A stretch of 64,000 bases of DNA from Moniliella sp. 'wahieum' (taxonomy: Eukaryota): assembly GCA_003971905.1 (NCBI GenBank), contig RSEE01000016.1:62001-126000 (forward strand), in the 5' to 3' direction. Position numbers and translations under genes: made by a program. The notes under the pieces are model-generated. The model saw nothing but the letters and a program-made list of their open reading frames with translations. It was not told where the DNA came from and made no database searches. Shown here piece by piece: positions 23,640 through 37,071 of the stretch (position 1 is its first letter; each line of letters begins with the position of its first letter).

Positions 23640-26600
23640 ACATATTCTTCTTTATCTTGTGCCCTGTGCATGTCATCTCCATAGCTCTGCTCCAGCTCAA
23701 GATGGTGGGGACCCAAGACAACAACCTTCTCTCTTGCTCCCTCGAGTCCTCATTCCGCCGCGCCAGCACCCGAAGCGCTGGAGCAAACACCGAGTCCACC
23801 CCCGTAGCGGAAATGGTTGGCACAGGCAGGGCCACTGGCTCGTCCGAATCCGACGCCTTGCCCACTGTCCAGGCAGGTGCAACGACAGTGAGCAAAATCG
23901 GGACCGGTTCGGGCCACTGAGCCCGGTCGGGCGTCGCAACGCAGGCCACGTCGAAGCGAGTGTGTGGTGTGGGGGAGCAAGGTATGCTGGCCTTGGATTT
24001 GCGGGCCAGCAAGCGCGACAGCCGAGGGCGCCAGGGGGACAGTAGTAGAAGGGTACGTTCAGGGTCGTGGTGCGGGCTGGTACGCGCCTGGAGCACCAGT
24101 TCCGAAGCGAGGGCGGAGGAGGTATTGTGCACCACCACCTTGCCTCGGCACGAACGCGCGTCGGAAGCCGTGTGGGACAAGACGGTAGCAAACACCGGAG
24201 GCACAGGCGCCAAGGCAAAGCTCAAGTCCAGCAAGCCCCTTTGCCTGTCTCGGTGCCCTCGGGCCGTTTCCATCCGACTTGACTTGGACGGTGCGGCTGT
24301 CGGGGGTGGCCTGGGCGCTGTCCAGGTGCTGGACCAGGACGACCACGACCACCTCCGCTTCGTCCCCGCCCTGCCAGGACGTATTAAGGACCACCCCTGC
24401 TCCGATCACCTTGGCCTCGCGCACAACGCCCTCCTGGGGCCAGGGCACAACGTCAAGACGAGTAAGCACGATCGGGTGGGCTTGGTGAAACTGCAACGAC
24501 AGGCGCACGTCGCACCGCACACACACCATTGTCCCAACCACCTCGGGCCGTTGCCGATCCACCTTGGCCGACAGGGAAAACGGCTGCTCGACCGCCACGT
24601 CAAAGAAGGTCGTGTGCGTGCCGGCGGCCGGACTGGGCGGGGAGACGGGCTGCGTACCGCCCGACGGGTGCTGGAGGGTTGCGAAAGAATTTGGACCGAC
24701 AGCTTCCTCTGTACGCCGGGCAAGGACGTGATCCGCAGCAAGGCGCTCAGCTCTACCCGCGTTTCGGGCGGGACCGTACCAACAAACCATAGGGCCGGTT
24801 TGTATCAGGGATAGGGTGCGTCGGATGGTCCGGTGGGCCTAGCAAGTCAGATGGTCTGGCTCGTTGCTGCCGAGTGCTGCGGTGCGGGGATGAAGTGCCT
24901 CGAGCGCGCACCATACGTCCATTGGCTCCGGTTCGTGGTTGGTCACTACAACCGGTAGCGTGAGTTGCTCATTGAGATAGGCCACCGTTTCCTCCGCCGA
25001 CTCGGCCTGGACTTTATACTCGGGCGCCGTGACGAGGAGGTAATTAGGGTGCGTGACACGGAACGGTAGACGCAGTGGGCCCGAGGCCGTAAGCCAAGCA
25101 GGTTGAGTCCCCTGGCTAAGGTGCCCGGCGGCAAGAGCGGCCGTTGTGCGACGGGCGGGAGAGGGTACAATGTCACACCTCCCATCGAAGGTTCACTTGA
25201 CGCGAGCTCGAGCCAGGGGCAAGACAAAACGCAGTGAACTGCCCACGTCGAGCTCGACCTGGGAGATGCTAAGATGACTCGGGCGAGAGGTGCGAAGGGG
25301 AAATTGCAAGACAATCGGTTTGGTCGGCGAGAGAACCAGCGATGCCTCTTGGTTGCAAACAGCGTCGTCCTTGACCAGGTCAAGTGAGATCAGACCTGCT
25401 TCAGGCACGGGGGTGTCTGCATGGGTAAGAACCAAAATGGGCTGGTCACCGCCTAAACACGGGGTGCCATCCTCCTCTTCGGCTGAGAGATAGATACGGG
25501 CGGTAGTGATGGGCAAGGACCTGTATTCCTGCACCACGGATGTGGGCGGATAGTTCCATTGCAATCGAATCTGCACCAATGCCTCCCCCAAAGCCGGGAG
25601 GAAAGTCGGGCCAAAAACGGCACTAGCCGTAATCAGTCCTGTTTCCGGTCCCATTGCCAGTTTCAGCGGCTCCACCGGGGCCTGTAAAAGCTCTTGGGCT
25701 CGGTCCCAGGAAGGTGGATCAAAGCTCAGGGTGAGCGAGCGGAACAAATACTCGACTTCAAACCGAGTGTCCTCCGTCGACGCGCGCAATCGGCCGCCAT
25801 ACGATAGAGGTTCAGGAGCATGGGAGGAAAGGCTCGGAGCTCCGGGTCCTCATAGGCAGCCACTAAACCCTCGTCGACCAAAATGCGTTGGGTCTCGGTG
25901 TAAAACCCATTTTCGTAGGTGGCTGAGGCAAAACGATACTGCACAAAGAGCGCCATCCGCTTGTCCCCCGCCGCATCGAACGCGGTACGGGCCATTTTAA
26001 AGATCTGACAGGTTCATCGGGAACAGGTTAGTCATGCTAGACCAAACTGAAAGCGGAGGGTGAAACGTACATCGGTCAGGAGTCCCAGATGATCGACGGT
26101 AGCTTCGTGGGCAACAGCAGGGTGGGTGTCCTCTTTGTCCCCTTGCTCCTTGACGTAGCGATAATACCTCCGTACCCGCTCGCGACGCACAAGGCCGAGT
26201 TATATACAGATACCCGGCGTGTGGCGGAAGAGTGAAGAGGGGAATGGATCCCTCGGCTGCCGCAGGCGCCGAAGGCTGCCGTAACATCCCAATTGCAGCA
26301 GGAGGATGGAGTGAGGCTGAGATGGTAGATGGAAGCAAGTTGGACGGCAGCGGGGGTGCATGGCGGAGGTACCAGGGGCAAGGGATTGCCCGACCTTCCA
26401 TCGGTTGCAGCAGCAATCAAGTCGGCCAACAATCGATCTTGCTTGGCCCGCCAGGACCAGTACTCAAACGTCGTATCTCCAATGCCCCATCCGGACGACA
26501 AGTCAGAGAAGCGCTGAATGTGTCGATGGAAACGGGTCATGGCGATCGCCAGTGGGCTTGCATTCGGCATGGTGCGCGTCACCGCTGCGTGGCTGGCCTG

Positions 26601-28056
26601 CACCAATTGGTACAACAACAGCCGGATCACGCGCACATTTAGTGTATCGGCTAGCATCTTGGCTTCCGCCCACCGTTTCGTCCGCGGGGGAAAGTACAGT
26701 TGAACCCATGCATGCTGGGCTGGAAGGGTATCGTATGCTTCCGTGTAGTGCTGTAGCGCTGCCTCCCAATCGCCACCATCTCGGAAAACACGCCCAGTTT
26801 GAATTCAAGACGAACATGCCAGCCTTCGCGACCGAGAGGATGCGGTTCCGGGATGCCAGCAGGCAGCGCTACTCCCGTGTCACCGCTGGGCTCTGGCCGT
26901 CTGCGGCAGCCGTCTCGATGGCAGCAGGTTCCAGGCCATTCGCATAGGTGTACTGCCACTCTACGGCTGCCGCCACAGGAGCCCAAACAGAGGGGGTAGG
27001 TGGGTAGCGTGCGCGCTTGCGCCGCGTTGCGCGCACATGTTCACGGTAGTAGTCCAAGGCAAACTCGAATTGGGCTGCCTCGAGTTTGACCACAAAACTG
27101 TGAGCGGCGTCAACCTGCGCTTGGACCAGAGCTTGCTCGGCGGCCTCTGAACTAGCTGCCTCGCCTCGCCCCGCGGGAGGGGGTGGGGCAGGCTCAGGCG
27201 TAATGAGATATACGGACGCCTTTTGGTCCAAGTTGGCGTTGCGGCGAATGTATGCCACACGGGCCTCGATCATCGGGTCGCGCACCATGTCGGCAGAGGT
27301 GATGAGCACGGCACAGAGGCGAATCCCGCGCTCGGCCAACACTGTACGGGCGCGGGCCAGAAACACAATAACCTTCTCGTCGGCCTGCTTGAGTGCCAAG
27401 AGCATCGCCTCTTCCGTGTCTCCGTCGACCAGGAGCACCTCCGGGCCTGCAGGGTTGGCGTAAGAGAGCCCGGAAAGCGAAACCTTCCGTGGGGCTGGGA
27501 CAGAGCAAAAACAGTAAACACAGCGGGAACCTGCTCTCGATGTTTGCGCACCCAAAGTGGGGAGATGATGCCATCTGGGAAAAGCGGGCTAGACGGGTGG
27601 AGCGGCGAGAGGGGAGAGCGGGCGGGAAGTCGGGCAAGCGCGGCCTCGGCTGCCTTGTGCACGGCATGTGCCGTTTCTGGAGTGAGCGAAGCGGCGGAAG
27701 GCGCAGTGGGTGGACGAGGCGCAAGGCCGACACGGACCTTGCGGGGCGGAAGGCGCACAGGCGGGAGTGCAAGCGGGGGCGCTGCGCGTGGGCGCCGGCC
27801 GCTTTCGGTGGAGGAGGGGGCGGCTGGGGGCGGGTCAACGAGCACAGCATGGAAGGGGGGAGACGGGCTTGTTGAGCTGTATGGGGGTCCCATCTTGTGC
27901 GGCGGCCAGGCGCAGCAAAGGCGACGCGCAACGCCGCACACAGCCCGGGGAAGACGTCGGATGGAGGCACGAGGCCCGGAGCCGCAGGCGCACGCAAGCC
28001 GGAGACGTGGATGCAGGGTAGTACTGCTCCACGAGCTCTCCGGGGACGCTGTTCAT
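23640..28056 (-). CDS. TRAPP III subunit TRAPPC11 (Foie gras/Gryzun family)
   Basis: MNSVPGELVEQYYP.., SPLSPLHPSSPLFPDGIISPLWVRKHREQVPAVF, ALDYYREHVRATRRKR, GWHVRLEFKLGVFSE, LADTLNVRVIRLLLY, SGWGIGDTTFEYWSW. Introns about 26005-26070 and 24839-24916. Many frameshifts; 3' end approximate. Confidence 0.85.
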
Positions 28057-28334
28057 GCTGGCGACGACGTCGGGGGCGGGGGCGAGAGGGAGGCGGGAGG
28101 GGGGCAGGTGGTGGAGGGTTGGGGGAGCGGAGGCGCAGGCGCGGGTGGATGGAGCGACGCTGGCTGGCGTGCTGGTCACTTGACGTGCAAGCTGCACGCA
28201 GCCGCCAGCAGGCCATCCTTCAAGCTTACCACCCGTGGCGCCACACGCCAGCCACGACAAATGTTCAACTTGCTCTTTCCTCGCCGTGTCACGTGAAAGT
28301 GTGCCGGCATATCACGCCTGAGTCACGCGGCCTC

Positions 28335-28424
28335 TGAGATCTGGATCTGGGCCGAGAGATGCGTGACGCGTGACGCGTGTTTTATTGGTCACCACTGCGT
28401 ACTGAGTTCAGTACTGACTAGTGA
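28335..28424. repeat. 7-bp TGA/TCA+palindromic-core array in a divergent promoter
   Basis: TGA-GATC-TGG; 28364-28379 TGA-CGCG-TGA-CGCG-TG; 28408-28424 TCA-GTAC-TGA-CTAG-TGA. Confidence 0.8.
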
Positions 28425-28727
28425 CTCCAACCGCTCGGACACCCCGCAGTAGGGTTGGGCGATCGATGATCGTTTGGCACGCGCATTGGATGCGGCGCAC
28501 GGGGACACTGCGTGGGCCGCGGCGCAGGCGGCGGGGCGTGTGTTCGGGCTGATGCGGCGTGCGACACTGGCCACGTGCCCGTGCGCACGCCAAGGCGCGG
28601 TGCGGGCGTGGTCCCTGGGCGCAGCACGGGGGCCGCTGGGCCGGCGGCCATGTCCCCCGCGAGCATCTCCGCCAACGCCCCGACAGCCCCGGCGCGCAGG
28701 CTACGTAGCAAAACCAGGTAGCTGTGC

Positions 28728-30049
28728 ATGCCGCTCCAGCCGCTAGCACACCTCCTCCTTCTCCTGCTCTGCTCCTGCTCCTGCTCTCCTGCTTGCACCC
28801 ACCCCATGTCCGCTGTAGCCCAGTCTGTGCCTACGCCCCCCTCTGGGCCCAGCACCTGGAGCCAGCCCGACTCCATGCCGCTGAGCGTAGCAGATGCGCT
28901 GCAGCAGCCCTCCACACGCCCCTCGTTGGCCCCGACGCCGCCGCACCAGCCCCTGTCGACCCGTTCCCCGTGCCCTCCTATGCGACGGATGTGTACATTG
29001 GCCAGTACGGCCCCCTCCCCCCCGGCATCCTGCCCACCAGCCGGAGGGCCCGTGCGATCGCGGACCACGACGGACGGGAGAGCATGGTATCGGACCTGGA
29101 TGTAGAGACCCTCCGCCTCGACGGCAGCAGCATTTCCACCCGCCTCGGTCCAGTCGCTGGAGTGCGGCAGCCTCGTCGTCCATACTAAGCAATACTGGCT
29201 CCCCTGAATCGGGTGGCAGCTTTTCCGTTCCGATCGAAGGGTGAGCAGGGTCCAGGTCCGACCTCCCGGTACATTGGTGCCCTGGTGCCCCCTCGGGCCG
29301 ACAACATGCCACACCCAGCATTGCTACCGACGCCCAAACCCTCTACACGGCCAAGAGCCATTTCAGCGACACTTCCTCGGGATTGAGGAGTACCAAGTCG
29401 ACCAAAGCCCGCACCGCTCGCTCCCGCAACGAGACCCCGATTGACAAGACTGGCCCCATACAGGCCGAGGCGTACTTGAGCAAGGACTGGCGTACCACGA
29501 GCAAGGCGATATGGCCCGTGCTGCATTTTACTTTGAACGCAGTGCCAAGGTGGAAGGCGGATGTGTGGTGGGCATGTGCATGTGGGGCTTGACCTTGCGG
29601 GAAGGCTGGGGTGCCCGCAAAGATCCCAAACGCGGATTCGAGTGGATTCAATTGGCTGCAGCCCGGTCAGGGGAGATGTCCAATCGGCCAGGCGTGGGCG
29701 ATGCAGAACTCAAGGCGATTCGAGTATGTTTTTGTTGCCTTCTCGGTATGTGTTTTGGGGGGCACTAACATCTCGTTCCAGTCTGAACTCAAGTTGGCGG
29801 TGTATGAGCTGGGCAAGTGCCATTGCTATGGTTGGGGAACGAGGAAAGATCCCCAAAACGCACTTGGCTATTTTGAACTGGCAGCCAAGTTAGGCGACAT
29901 GGATGCCCAGCCGAAGCTGGAGCATTGTACTTGTCAGGCAAGGGTGCAAGAAGGACCCGAAAAAGGCAGCCATGTACTACCGCATGGCCACCAAAAGGGC
30001 TTTGACCCAGTTGGCTTGGTCCTGGATCTGGAAAGACAAGTACAACTGA
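28728..30049 (+). CDS. Sel1-like repeat protein (Dsf2-like)
   Basis: AAFYFERSA..GGCVVGMCMWGLTLREGWGARKDPKRGFEWIQLAA; LAVYELGKCHCYGWGTRKDPQNALGYFELAAKLGDMDAQ; ..KKAAMYYRMA..; C-terminal ..WIWKDKYN*. Intron 29724-29781. Confidence 0.8.
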
Positions 30050-30655
30050 TTTTAGTATTTGCGCCACTCATGCACCACTGCACCTTTCATTCCCCCCTCC
30101 TCCCCTCTCGCACAGTTCGCTTGCTGAGCTACCAAGCCAACCTTCTCTCATTTACCAGCACACCTTACACGCTTACTACGAGCTTCAAGCTTCGGTCCCG
30201 CTCCTTTGCTAGTGCTTCAAAAGCACATCGGACCGGTCCTTTTTGTAACTTTCTTCACTCCACTTCCATCCCCACCCATCGGTGGGACCGCAATTGTCGA
30301 TCTCTCGCAGCCATACTGTGTCACTGTTCTCTTATCCGCTCCTCGCTCTCTGTGACTTGGCGTCACTTGGGCGGCCGCCTAGGTGGCCATGACCCAACAG
30401 GACGTAGTCTGAGCTATTTCATATGTACTTTCACCTCGATTGACAAGGTAGCAATGGCCTCCATTTCAAGTAGAGCATGTCCCAGCGCCACCGCAGCAGA
30501 AGGCCGTCCGACCACAAGGTTCGCATTGGGAGGGTAAATGGGGAATAAAAGTACATGCATGCAGGAGTGCTGGCCATTCAGAGAAGAGATCTGGGTGAAA
30601 CGGGCGACAAGCGAAAGAAAATCCGAGAATGACCAAGCCGAGAAAAGTAACGTCC

Positions 30656-31214
30656 CTACTCCAGTCGCTCCACTGTAGGCAGAGCCGCCGCCCTATCTGT
30701 CAGTATCCCTCTTCCCAACACGGCCGCAGGAGACGCACGGTAGTCCAGTCGGTTGAGCACCGCACTCTTGCTTGTTTCCTCCACTTCCCCAGCGAGAAAA
30801 ACCTCGTCCAGAATCGCATAGACCTTGTAAAAGTTGAAGACAAGGTCCAGCTCGCACACATTGCCAAAGAAGGCGTCTGTTCCACAGGTCAGGACATGTG
30901 GGCCCATTCGCCTCGATCACAAAGGCGGTGGGGACGTACCAAGGACTTCAACAAAGAAGTGGATGGCCTCTAGGTATGCCAACTCATTGTCGTTTCCGTC
31001 CACGCACACGCAGAAGAACAGGCCGGCGTACCGGCGGTAGACAATCTTGTGCGTGCGGAACTCGACAAAGTTGGACTGGCTCCGCGTATCGCGCGGCGGC
31101 AACGAGACGATGGACCTCGGCCTGGACCTTGGGCTTTTCTTCATCGTACGGCGCATACCATTTGACAAGACGCGCCTTGCCCTGCTTGTTTTGGACCAGG
31201 ATAAAGCGAATCAT
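30656..31214 (-). CDS. APS2: AP-2 adaptor complex sigma subunit
   Basis: [63 protein letters not shown]^[38 protein letters not shown]^LERLE*. Introns 30877-30939 and 30673-30738. Confidence 0.95.
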
Positions 31215-32080
31215 CCGCACGGGCGCAGCTGGCAATCAGGCGCCAGCAGATGGTGGTGGCTGCAGCACCTCGCCTGCGCGCAGGCGGCGCAGAAAGGGGT
31301 GGCGCACGTGATATTAGGTAAGGATGTGACAGCGGCAACCCCCATGCGTAGGCATGGGTCGAAGCACAAGGAGGGAGCAGGTGACGACGGGGGGCCGGTC
31401 GCCGCGGAGAGCACATGGAATGCGGTTGGGTGTCACCACCGCGCAGCTACGAGCGTCCAATGGACGCAAGACCTGTGCACGATAAGGGAACAGTCAGAGA
31501 CCGCTTCGTTTGTAAGGTCCTGATGTCGATGACGCCAATCCAATTTTCAGTGCAACAAGGAAATGAGGGGACGAGGAGCGGGCGGGAACGAGGGGCGACG
31601 CTAGCGGGATTGCGGGCACGCGGGTCGCAGAACGCGGCTTGCAGTTCCGCTTACCAGCGTCTTGGGCCGATAGAGCCATGCCTAGCTGGTTTCAACATAA
31701 TACCTCCAGTCTGTCCCTAGCTGATGTATCCAATCCGTCTGCTTCCTCCATCTTACACTGTTTCCCCTTCTCGATCTCTCTTGTCCAGCAACGTCTGTCT
31801 ACCGTACACCGCCCTCCTTGCCAGAGAGCTTGTATGTGCATAAGGCAGTGGAGCATCCCACCGCCAGCGTATAACCCACTCTTGCTGAGAGCCTGCGCAG
31901 GCACCGTCGGAAATGCAGTTCAATACATGCTTATAGGGAGATGGACAGAATCAAAGGACAACAACCGGTACATTACGCCGTGAGATGCAACTCAAAGCTG
32001 GAAGAAGGCAGGTACAGGCACAAAAAGAGCGGATCGATATAGGAGAAGATAGAATACAGAACCAGGCGCCAGCCCTTCGG

Positions 32081-34950
32081 TCAAACGTAGCTTCCAACCA
32101 CCTCCTCATACTCTACCAGCCGCGCCAGCCTGGTTGGCCATCACGTCGGCACGATGGGCACGGTCGCGCCGCCAGGAGGCCTTGGACTTGCCCCGACGTC
32201 CAGGATGGTGTTTGGGCACTTTGCGCACATGCACGCGCCTCGTTCCATCGGGCAAGATTTCGATCTGAACAGCGAGAAGTTAGCGCCCTGACCAGTCCAG
32301 CCTCAGCAGAAATAAAGGGAAAACGTACCTTCTTCTTCGTCATACTCATCTCCGGACAGATCAGCTTGAGAACGCTTGCGGCCCGCGCTCACCCCGCCGG
32401 GTGCTTCTGTGTCGGCAACAGAGGAGGCCATATGGGTCGGGACTGTAATGACAGGCATGGGCGCGTCCAGATTGATCCGGGCCACCTCAGCCCAAGCTTC
32501 CAACGACATACGGGGGACACCATCAATCACCTCGGTGTCTGGGTCAGACGGGGCCGATTCCGAAACGTGTGTCACATCCTGTTGGACAGAAGAGAAAGAG
32601 GTGGTTGGCTGTTGGACAGAATCCATCGAGACGGTGGGTAGCGTATCCATTGGACCAGGAACACGTTCCCCATCCGAAAGGAAGGCGGGCGGATCTGAAG
32701 ATAAAGCGGGGGCAACTGAGGAGCTGCTCAATAGTTCCGACGCCTTGCCCACTTCAGTAGACGTGGGCGCTACAGATGACGGTCGAGAGGAAGAGTGGCG
32801 CTTAAGCGGAGTACGCTTGGACATGATCTTGTTCATCAGCGAAGGTTGGGAAATGTCCAGTTTACGGTATTTGGCCTTGATCTGCGCACGGGTGCGGCGA
32901 GGAAACGCGCGGGCGATCATGCCAAAGTCGCTCCCCCAAAGGCCGATCGCCGCCAAAAGCTGTTTTGTTTCTTGAGGTGTCCATGCCTTATTGCGCGGCG
33001 TAGCCGCATCACCATCACGAAGGAGCGCAAAGCGCTTGCCACGGGGTAGTGTGGACGTAGGATGCACTATTGGTAAACGTCCATTCATCCCGATCCTCCG
33101 CGTGGACCTCGTCGTTGTTGGCTTGGTCAAACGCCTCCTGGTTCCGGTCGTAAAGCAACGAATCAGGGTCCACATCGATCGTCCCATCGTCCCGCATGCG
33201 AAACTGCGCCGCGCCACCTGATTCCCGAAATTTGCGCGATCTGACTACCGGCTTGGCCTCCATGCCAGCTTCGAATGAGACCGGATCGGTGTCGTTCGCC
33301 TTGGTCTTGCCCCGCTTATTGCGCGCCGATTCCCCATCCACCGGACCGACCTCATTATCCGTGTCTGCGCCCGTCGTCTCACCTGCTGTCTCGATAGTGC
33401 CGACCAGCTCTTCGTCCGTTGGGTTACCAGGTTTGGGGGGAGAGGGGAAGCAAGGCCATTGGCCTGAGTGGTCGGCTCGGAGCCCGTGTTGTTGGGCACC
33501 GAGGCGTCCAAGCTTGCTGGATCCGGTCCCGGTCCCTCGGGTTCGGACTCGGGAATCGCCCCCAAGCCCTCGGCCTCTGAATCATCGCTCTTGATGTCGG
33601 TACGATACTCCTCCCCGTTGGCAATTCGGCGCTCAAGGTGGCGCTGGGCTTTGGCCGCCAACTCAGCGTTGGCCGTTTTCCAAGCACTGTACTTTTCAGC
33701 CAGAGCAAACGTCTTGGGTCCGGGCAATCCCCGGGTCCAGCGCATGCCCGTCAGGTCCGCCATACTTGTACTGCTCTCCGGTCCCTGCATCGAAGCCGGT
33801 AGGACCAAATCGGGCTCCGACTGGTCGGATTCGGACGTGGTATCCTCCACTTCCAACCCTTGCGCTCGGCGCTGTTGCCGCTCTTCCCTCCGTTGGCTCG
33901 TGCATGGCGGTACTCATCGACCTGAGCTGAGTGCTCAGCTTGAAGATGCTCCCATTGAAGACGTTCCTGCTCCACGCTCGGGAGATTGGAGTGAGCAAAC
34001 GGACGTCGACGGCGTTGATGTGGGGAGGGATTGTGCCCCGTGGGTTGCCGAACGAGATCCGCGTTGGCATTGGTGCGCAAGCTAGAAGCGCGATGTTTGC
34101 GCCGGCGGCTCAGAATTGGGTTGCCAGGTGATCCCAACGAGTCGTCGGACGAAACACCCGCTTCCTCACCCATATTCACGTGCGTAGTAGTCTTCTTAGA
34201 AGCTCGAATAGCGGGTTGAGGACATGGACTGGCAGAACCCGGGGGAGGCGGTAGCAGCCCCACACCCGAACTAGGGGTAGAGCTTGGCGGCGGTACTATT
34301 CCAAAGTGTGGGTGGGAGCGGGCCATCGAAGATAATCCCACATGGAAAGCAACTGGTTCGGAAGCGAGCGAGGTCAGAGCTTGGGGCTGTGCCAACGAAA
34401 GACGCGACGAGGGCGTACGCCCACGACTAGGCCCAGGGGAAGGACCCGGAGTAGACCCCATCCGGTTCCAAGGCACAGACGATGATGTGCCCTGAGAAGA
34501 GAGCCCGGGTTTCCCCAAAGCTTCGGACGGTACGGTTGGAGAAGAAGGCTGAACAGGAATCGGGGTCGCCTGCTGCGTCAGGTCAGGCTGAGAGCTAGAC
34601 GCGAGTGTTGGCACCATGATGTTAACCTCAGGACGGCGCGTCTCGACGGGATCCTTCGACTGTGGTTGAGAGGATCCACCATCTTGCACGTGAGAAGAGC
34701 TAGCCGCTGCTGATACGGTGTGCGGGGTGACATCGGGCTCAGGGAGTGAAGCGAGGGCTGGGGCTGGGCCCGGCTGAGACGAAGGATGCGGCGGTTGCGG
34801 ACTTGGCCGTCGCGTGCTTCGGCGGGTTGTGCGCTGGGCAGGGGAAGTGGTGGTCTTGGATTCGGTGGATGTGTCGGCGGCAGGTGCGGTGCGGCGGCGC
34901 GATAGCGATGGCCTGAACTTGGAGCCAGCCTTCTCGACACGCGACGACAT
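32081..34950 (-). CDS. BDP1: TFIIIB subunit B'' (Bdp1), SANT/Myb domain
   Basis: N-terminal MSSRVEKAGSKFRP, AQFRMRDDGTIDVDPDSL, FTNSASY and SANT domain WTPQETKQLLAAIGLWGSDFGMIARAFPRRTRAQIKAKYRK. Intron 32265-32328. Frameshifts present. Confidence 0.85.
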
Positions 34951-35257
34951 GTTGATGGGGGCGACGTAAAAAAAGATTTGACATGACCTGGGTTCGTTCT
35001 GGCGAGAGGGCGGCTGTTTGGTTACGTAACACGTGCTGGCATTTCCAACTGGCCTATTCTCTCTCCGTGCAGGGGAGGGCACTGGAGCGATACGCTCCAA
35101 CAAAGAACGCAATTGCTGATTGACTGACATGCTGACACCTGACCCGCCTGGCGCGTGACCCATGATCAGAACTGACCCTTTTGGGTTGGCCTGCCCACCC
35201 TCCCTATTTGGAGCATCCCTTGCCCCGCACTGCACTTCCTGCGGCCCACCCTCCATC

Positions 35258-37071
35258 ATGTCGTTTACAGCGGCACTGGTGCTGGCCGCGTGTCTATCGG
35301 CGCTCCCGGCCAGTCAGGCCTTGTGGCCCCAGCCCAAACACCTCCAGTCGGGCGCCCAGCCCATCCAGATCGACAGCGCGTCGTTGCGGATCACCTGGCC
35401 ACCTGATGCGCCCCAGGATCTGCGCATGGCCGCCACCAGGATTTGGAGCGAGATTGACGCCAGCCAGGTCGCAGCGCTGATTCCAGATCGTGGGGCAGGC
35501 GGTGGAGTGAAGTACACGCTGCTCCCACTTTGGACACTCTCGATATTCATCTCCCCCCCAATGTGTCAAGCTTGCAAGCCTCCGTTGCAGCCCCATTGGA
35601 CCAGTACGATGAGAGGTACAACCTTACTGTACCTGTTGATGGACGTCCCGCCGTAATCGAAGCGTACACCGCTTTGGGCGCATTGCGTGGCCTTACCACA
35701 TTTCAGCACCTGGTTTTCTCTCTTCCTCAAGATGGGTCGCAGTACATTTGGGACGGACCCTACCGCATCCGAGATGAGCCAGCCTACCCCTACCGTGGTT
35801 TCCTCTTGGATACTGCCCGCAATTTTTACTCGGTAAAGGATCTAGAGCGAACGCTCGATACCATGTCGTTCGTCAAGATGAACCAGGTATGTTCTGCACC
35901 TCTTTTGTAAACACTCGCTGACCTGGACTTGACACACATTATGGGATCAGTTCCACTGGCATATTGTCGATTCGCAAAACTTTCCCTTGCAGTTGGACGG
36001 TGCCTACGCTGTTCTCGCTCAAAAAGGATCTCCGGTTGGGATGCGCTACACCAAAGACGATGTGGCGCACGTGGTCCAGTACGCGGCTCGGCGTGGCATC
36101 AATGTGATTGTGGAGATTGACATGCCTGGACACCAGTATGAAGGGCCAGCTTCGTTCCCTGGGCCCAATTTGATGCAATGCGGTGGCGAGGCTGACTGGT
36201 GGGACATTGCCAACGAACCCCCTCCAGGATCTCTCAAACTGAACGACCCAGCAGTCAATGCGTACATTTCCGGACTGATCGAGGAAGTGGCACCATTGTT
36301 TCCCAGTACCTACTTTGGTACTGGTGGGGACGAAGTGGACCTGAACTGCTATGGTGCCACCAACGCTTCGGACATTGATGCCGATGGCATCCTTCCCTTT
36401 GTCAGCCATGCCCATGCAACGCTCGCCCGCCAAGGTAAAACACCCCTCGTATGGGAGGAGATGGTCCTCGACTTCCCCGAGACGGGCAAATCATTACGAA
36501 ATGGTACTGTGGTCGAGGCTTGGACCACCTCAACGAATGTGGCTAGGATCCTTTCGTCCAATCCGGGTGTCTTTCTCATTCACGCTCCGAGTAATTACTT
36601 TTACCTCGATTGTGGGACTGCGGGCGACTGGTTACGAGGTGCCTCAGGGAATGCAAGTTACTGGTGCCCTTACGTTTCGTGGAGCAAAACGTACGAGTTT
36701 AATCCGTGGCAGGAATTGAGGAAGGACACATCCAAGGTGGTGCATCCCGTGTCCTCGGCGGAGAGGCGACCCTCTGGTCAGAGACTGTCGATGGCGGGGT
36801 TCTCGATGCAACTATTTGGCCTAGAGCGGCTGCGGCCGCGGAGGTGTTTTGGACAGGTGCTTCGTTTTCCCTTAGTAACGGCACAAATCATCTTCCAACG
36901 ATTGTCAAGCGCAACGTGACCGAGGCCTTACCCCGACTACACGATGTCCGCTACCGGATAGTGGACCGCGGGGTGGCCGCACGTCCGTTGCAGCCGTTGT
37001 ACTGCACCCTACGGCCGGATGTGTTTGTCTCCGCCCGCCAAGCGGGTGTAGACACTCGTGAATCGTCCTGA
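35258..37071 (+). CDS. Secreted GH20 beta-N-acetylhexosaminidase
   Basis: Signal peptide then ALWPQP, DERYNLTV, GALRGLTTFQHL, DEPAYPYRGFLLDTARNF, KMNQ^FHWHIVDSQNFPL, EIDMPGH, catalytic GGDEV, YLDCG, VLGGEATLWSE, IWPRAAAAAEVFW. Intron 35887-35950. Confidence 0.95.

Noticed and set aside
27223..28296. Long antisense ORFs over GC-rich genes (e.g. 27223-28296, 21746-22621, 53926-54819)
   Set aside because: Expected shadow ORFs in high-GC DNA with low-complexity Gly/Arg/Ala translations; the opposite strand carries the recognisable gene.
2388..34950. Functional link between the tRNA gene and BDP1, or between the bHLH gene and the site-2 protease (SREBP pathway)
   Set aside because: The pairs are about 30-36 kb apart among unrelated housekeeping genes. 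The bHLH has ERRRR, not the SREBP-type Tyr, and no TM segments were seen.
698..37071. GH16 plus GH20 as a cell-wall or metabolic gene cluster
   Set aside because: They are separated by more than 33 kb of unrelated genes; no biosynthetic backbone gene or transporter is present.
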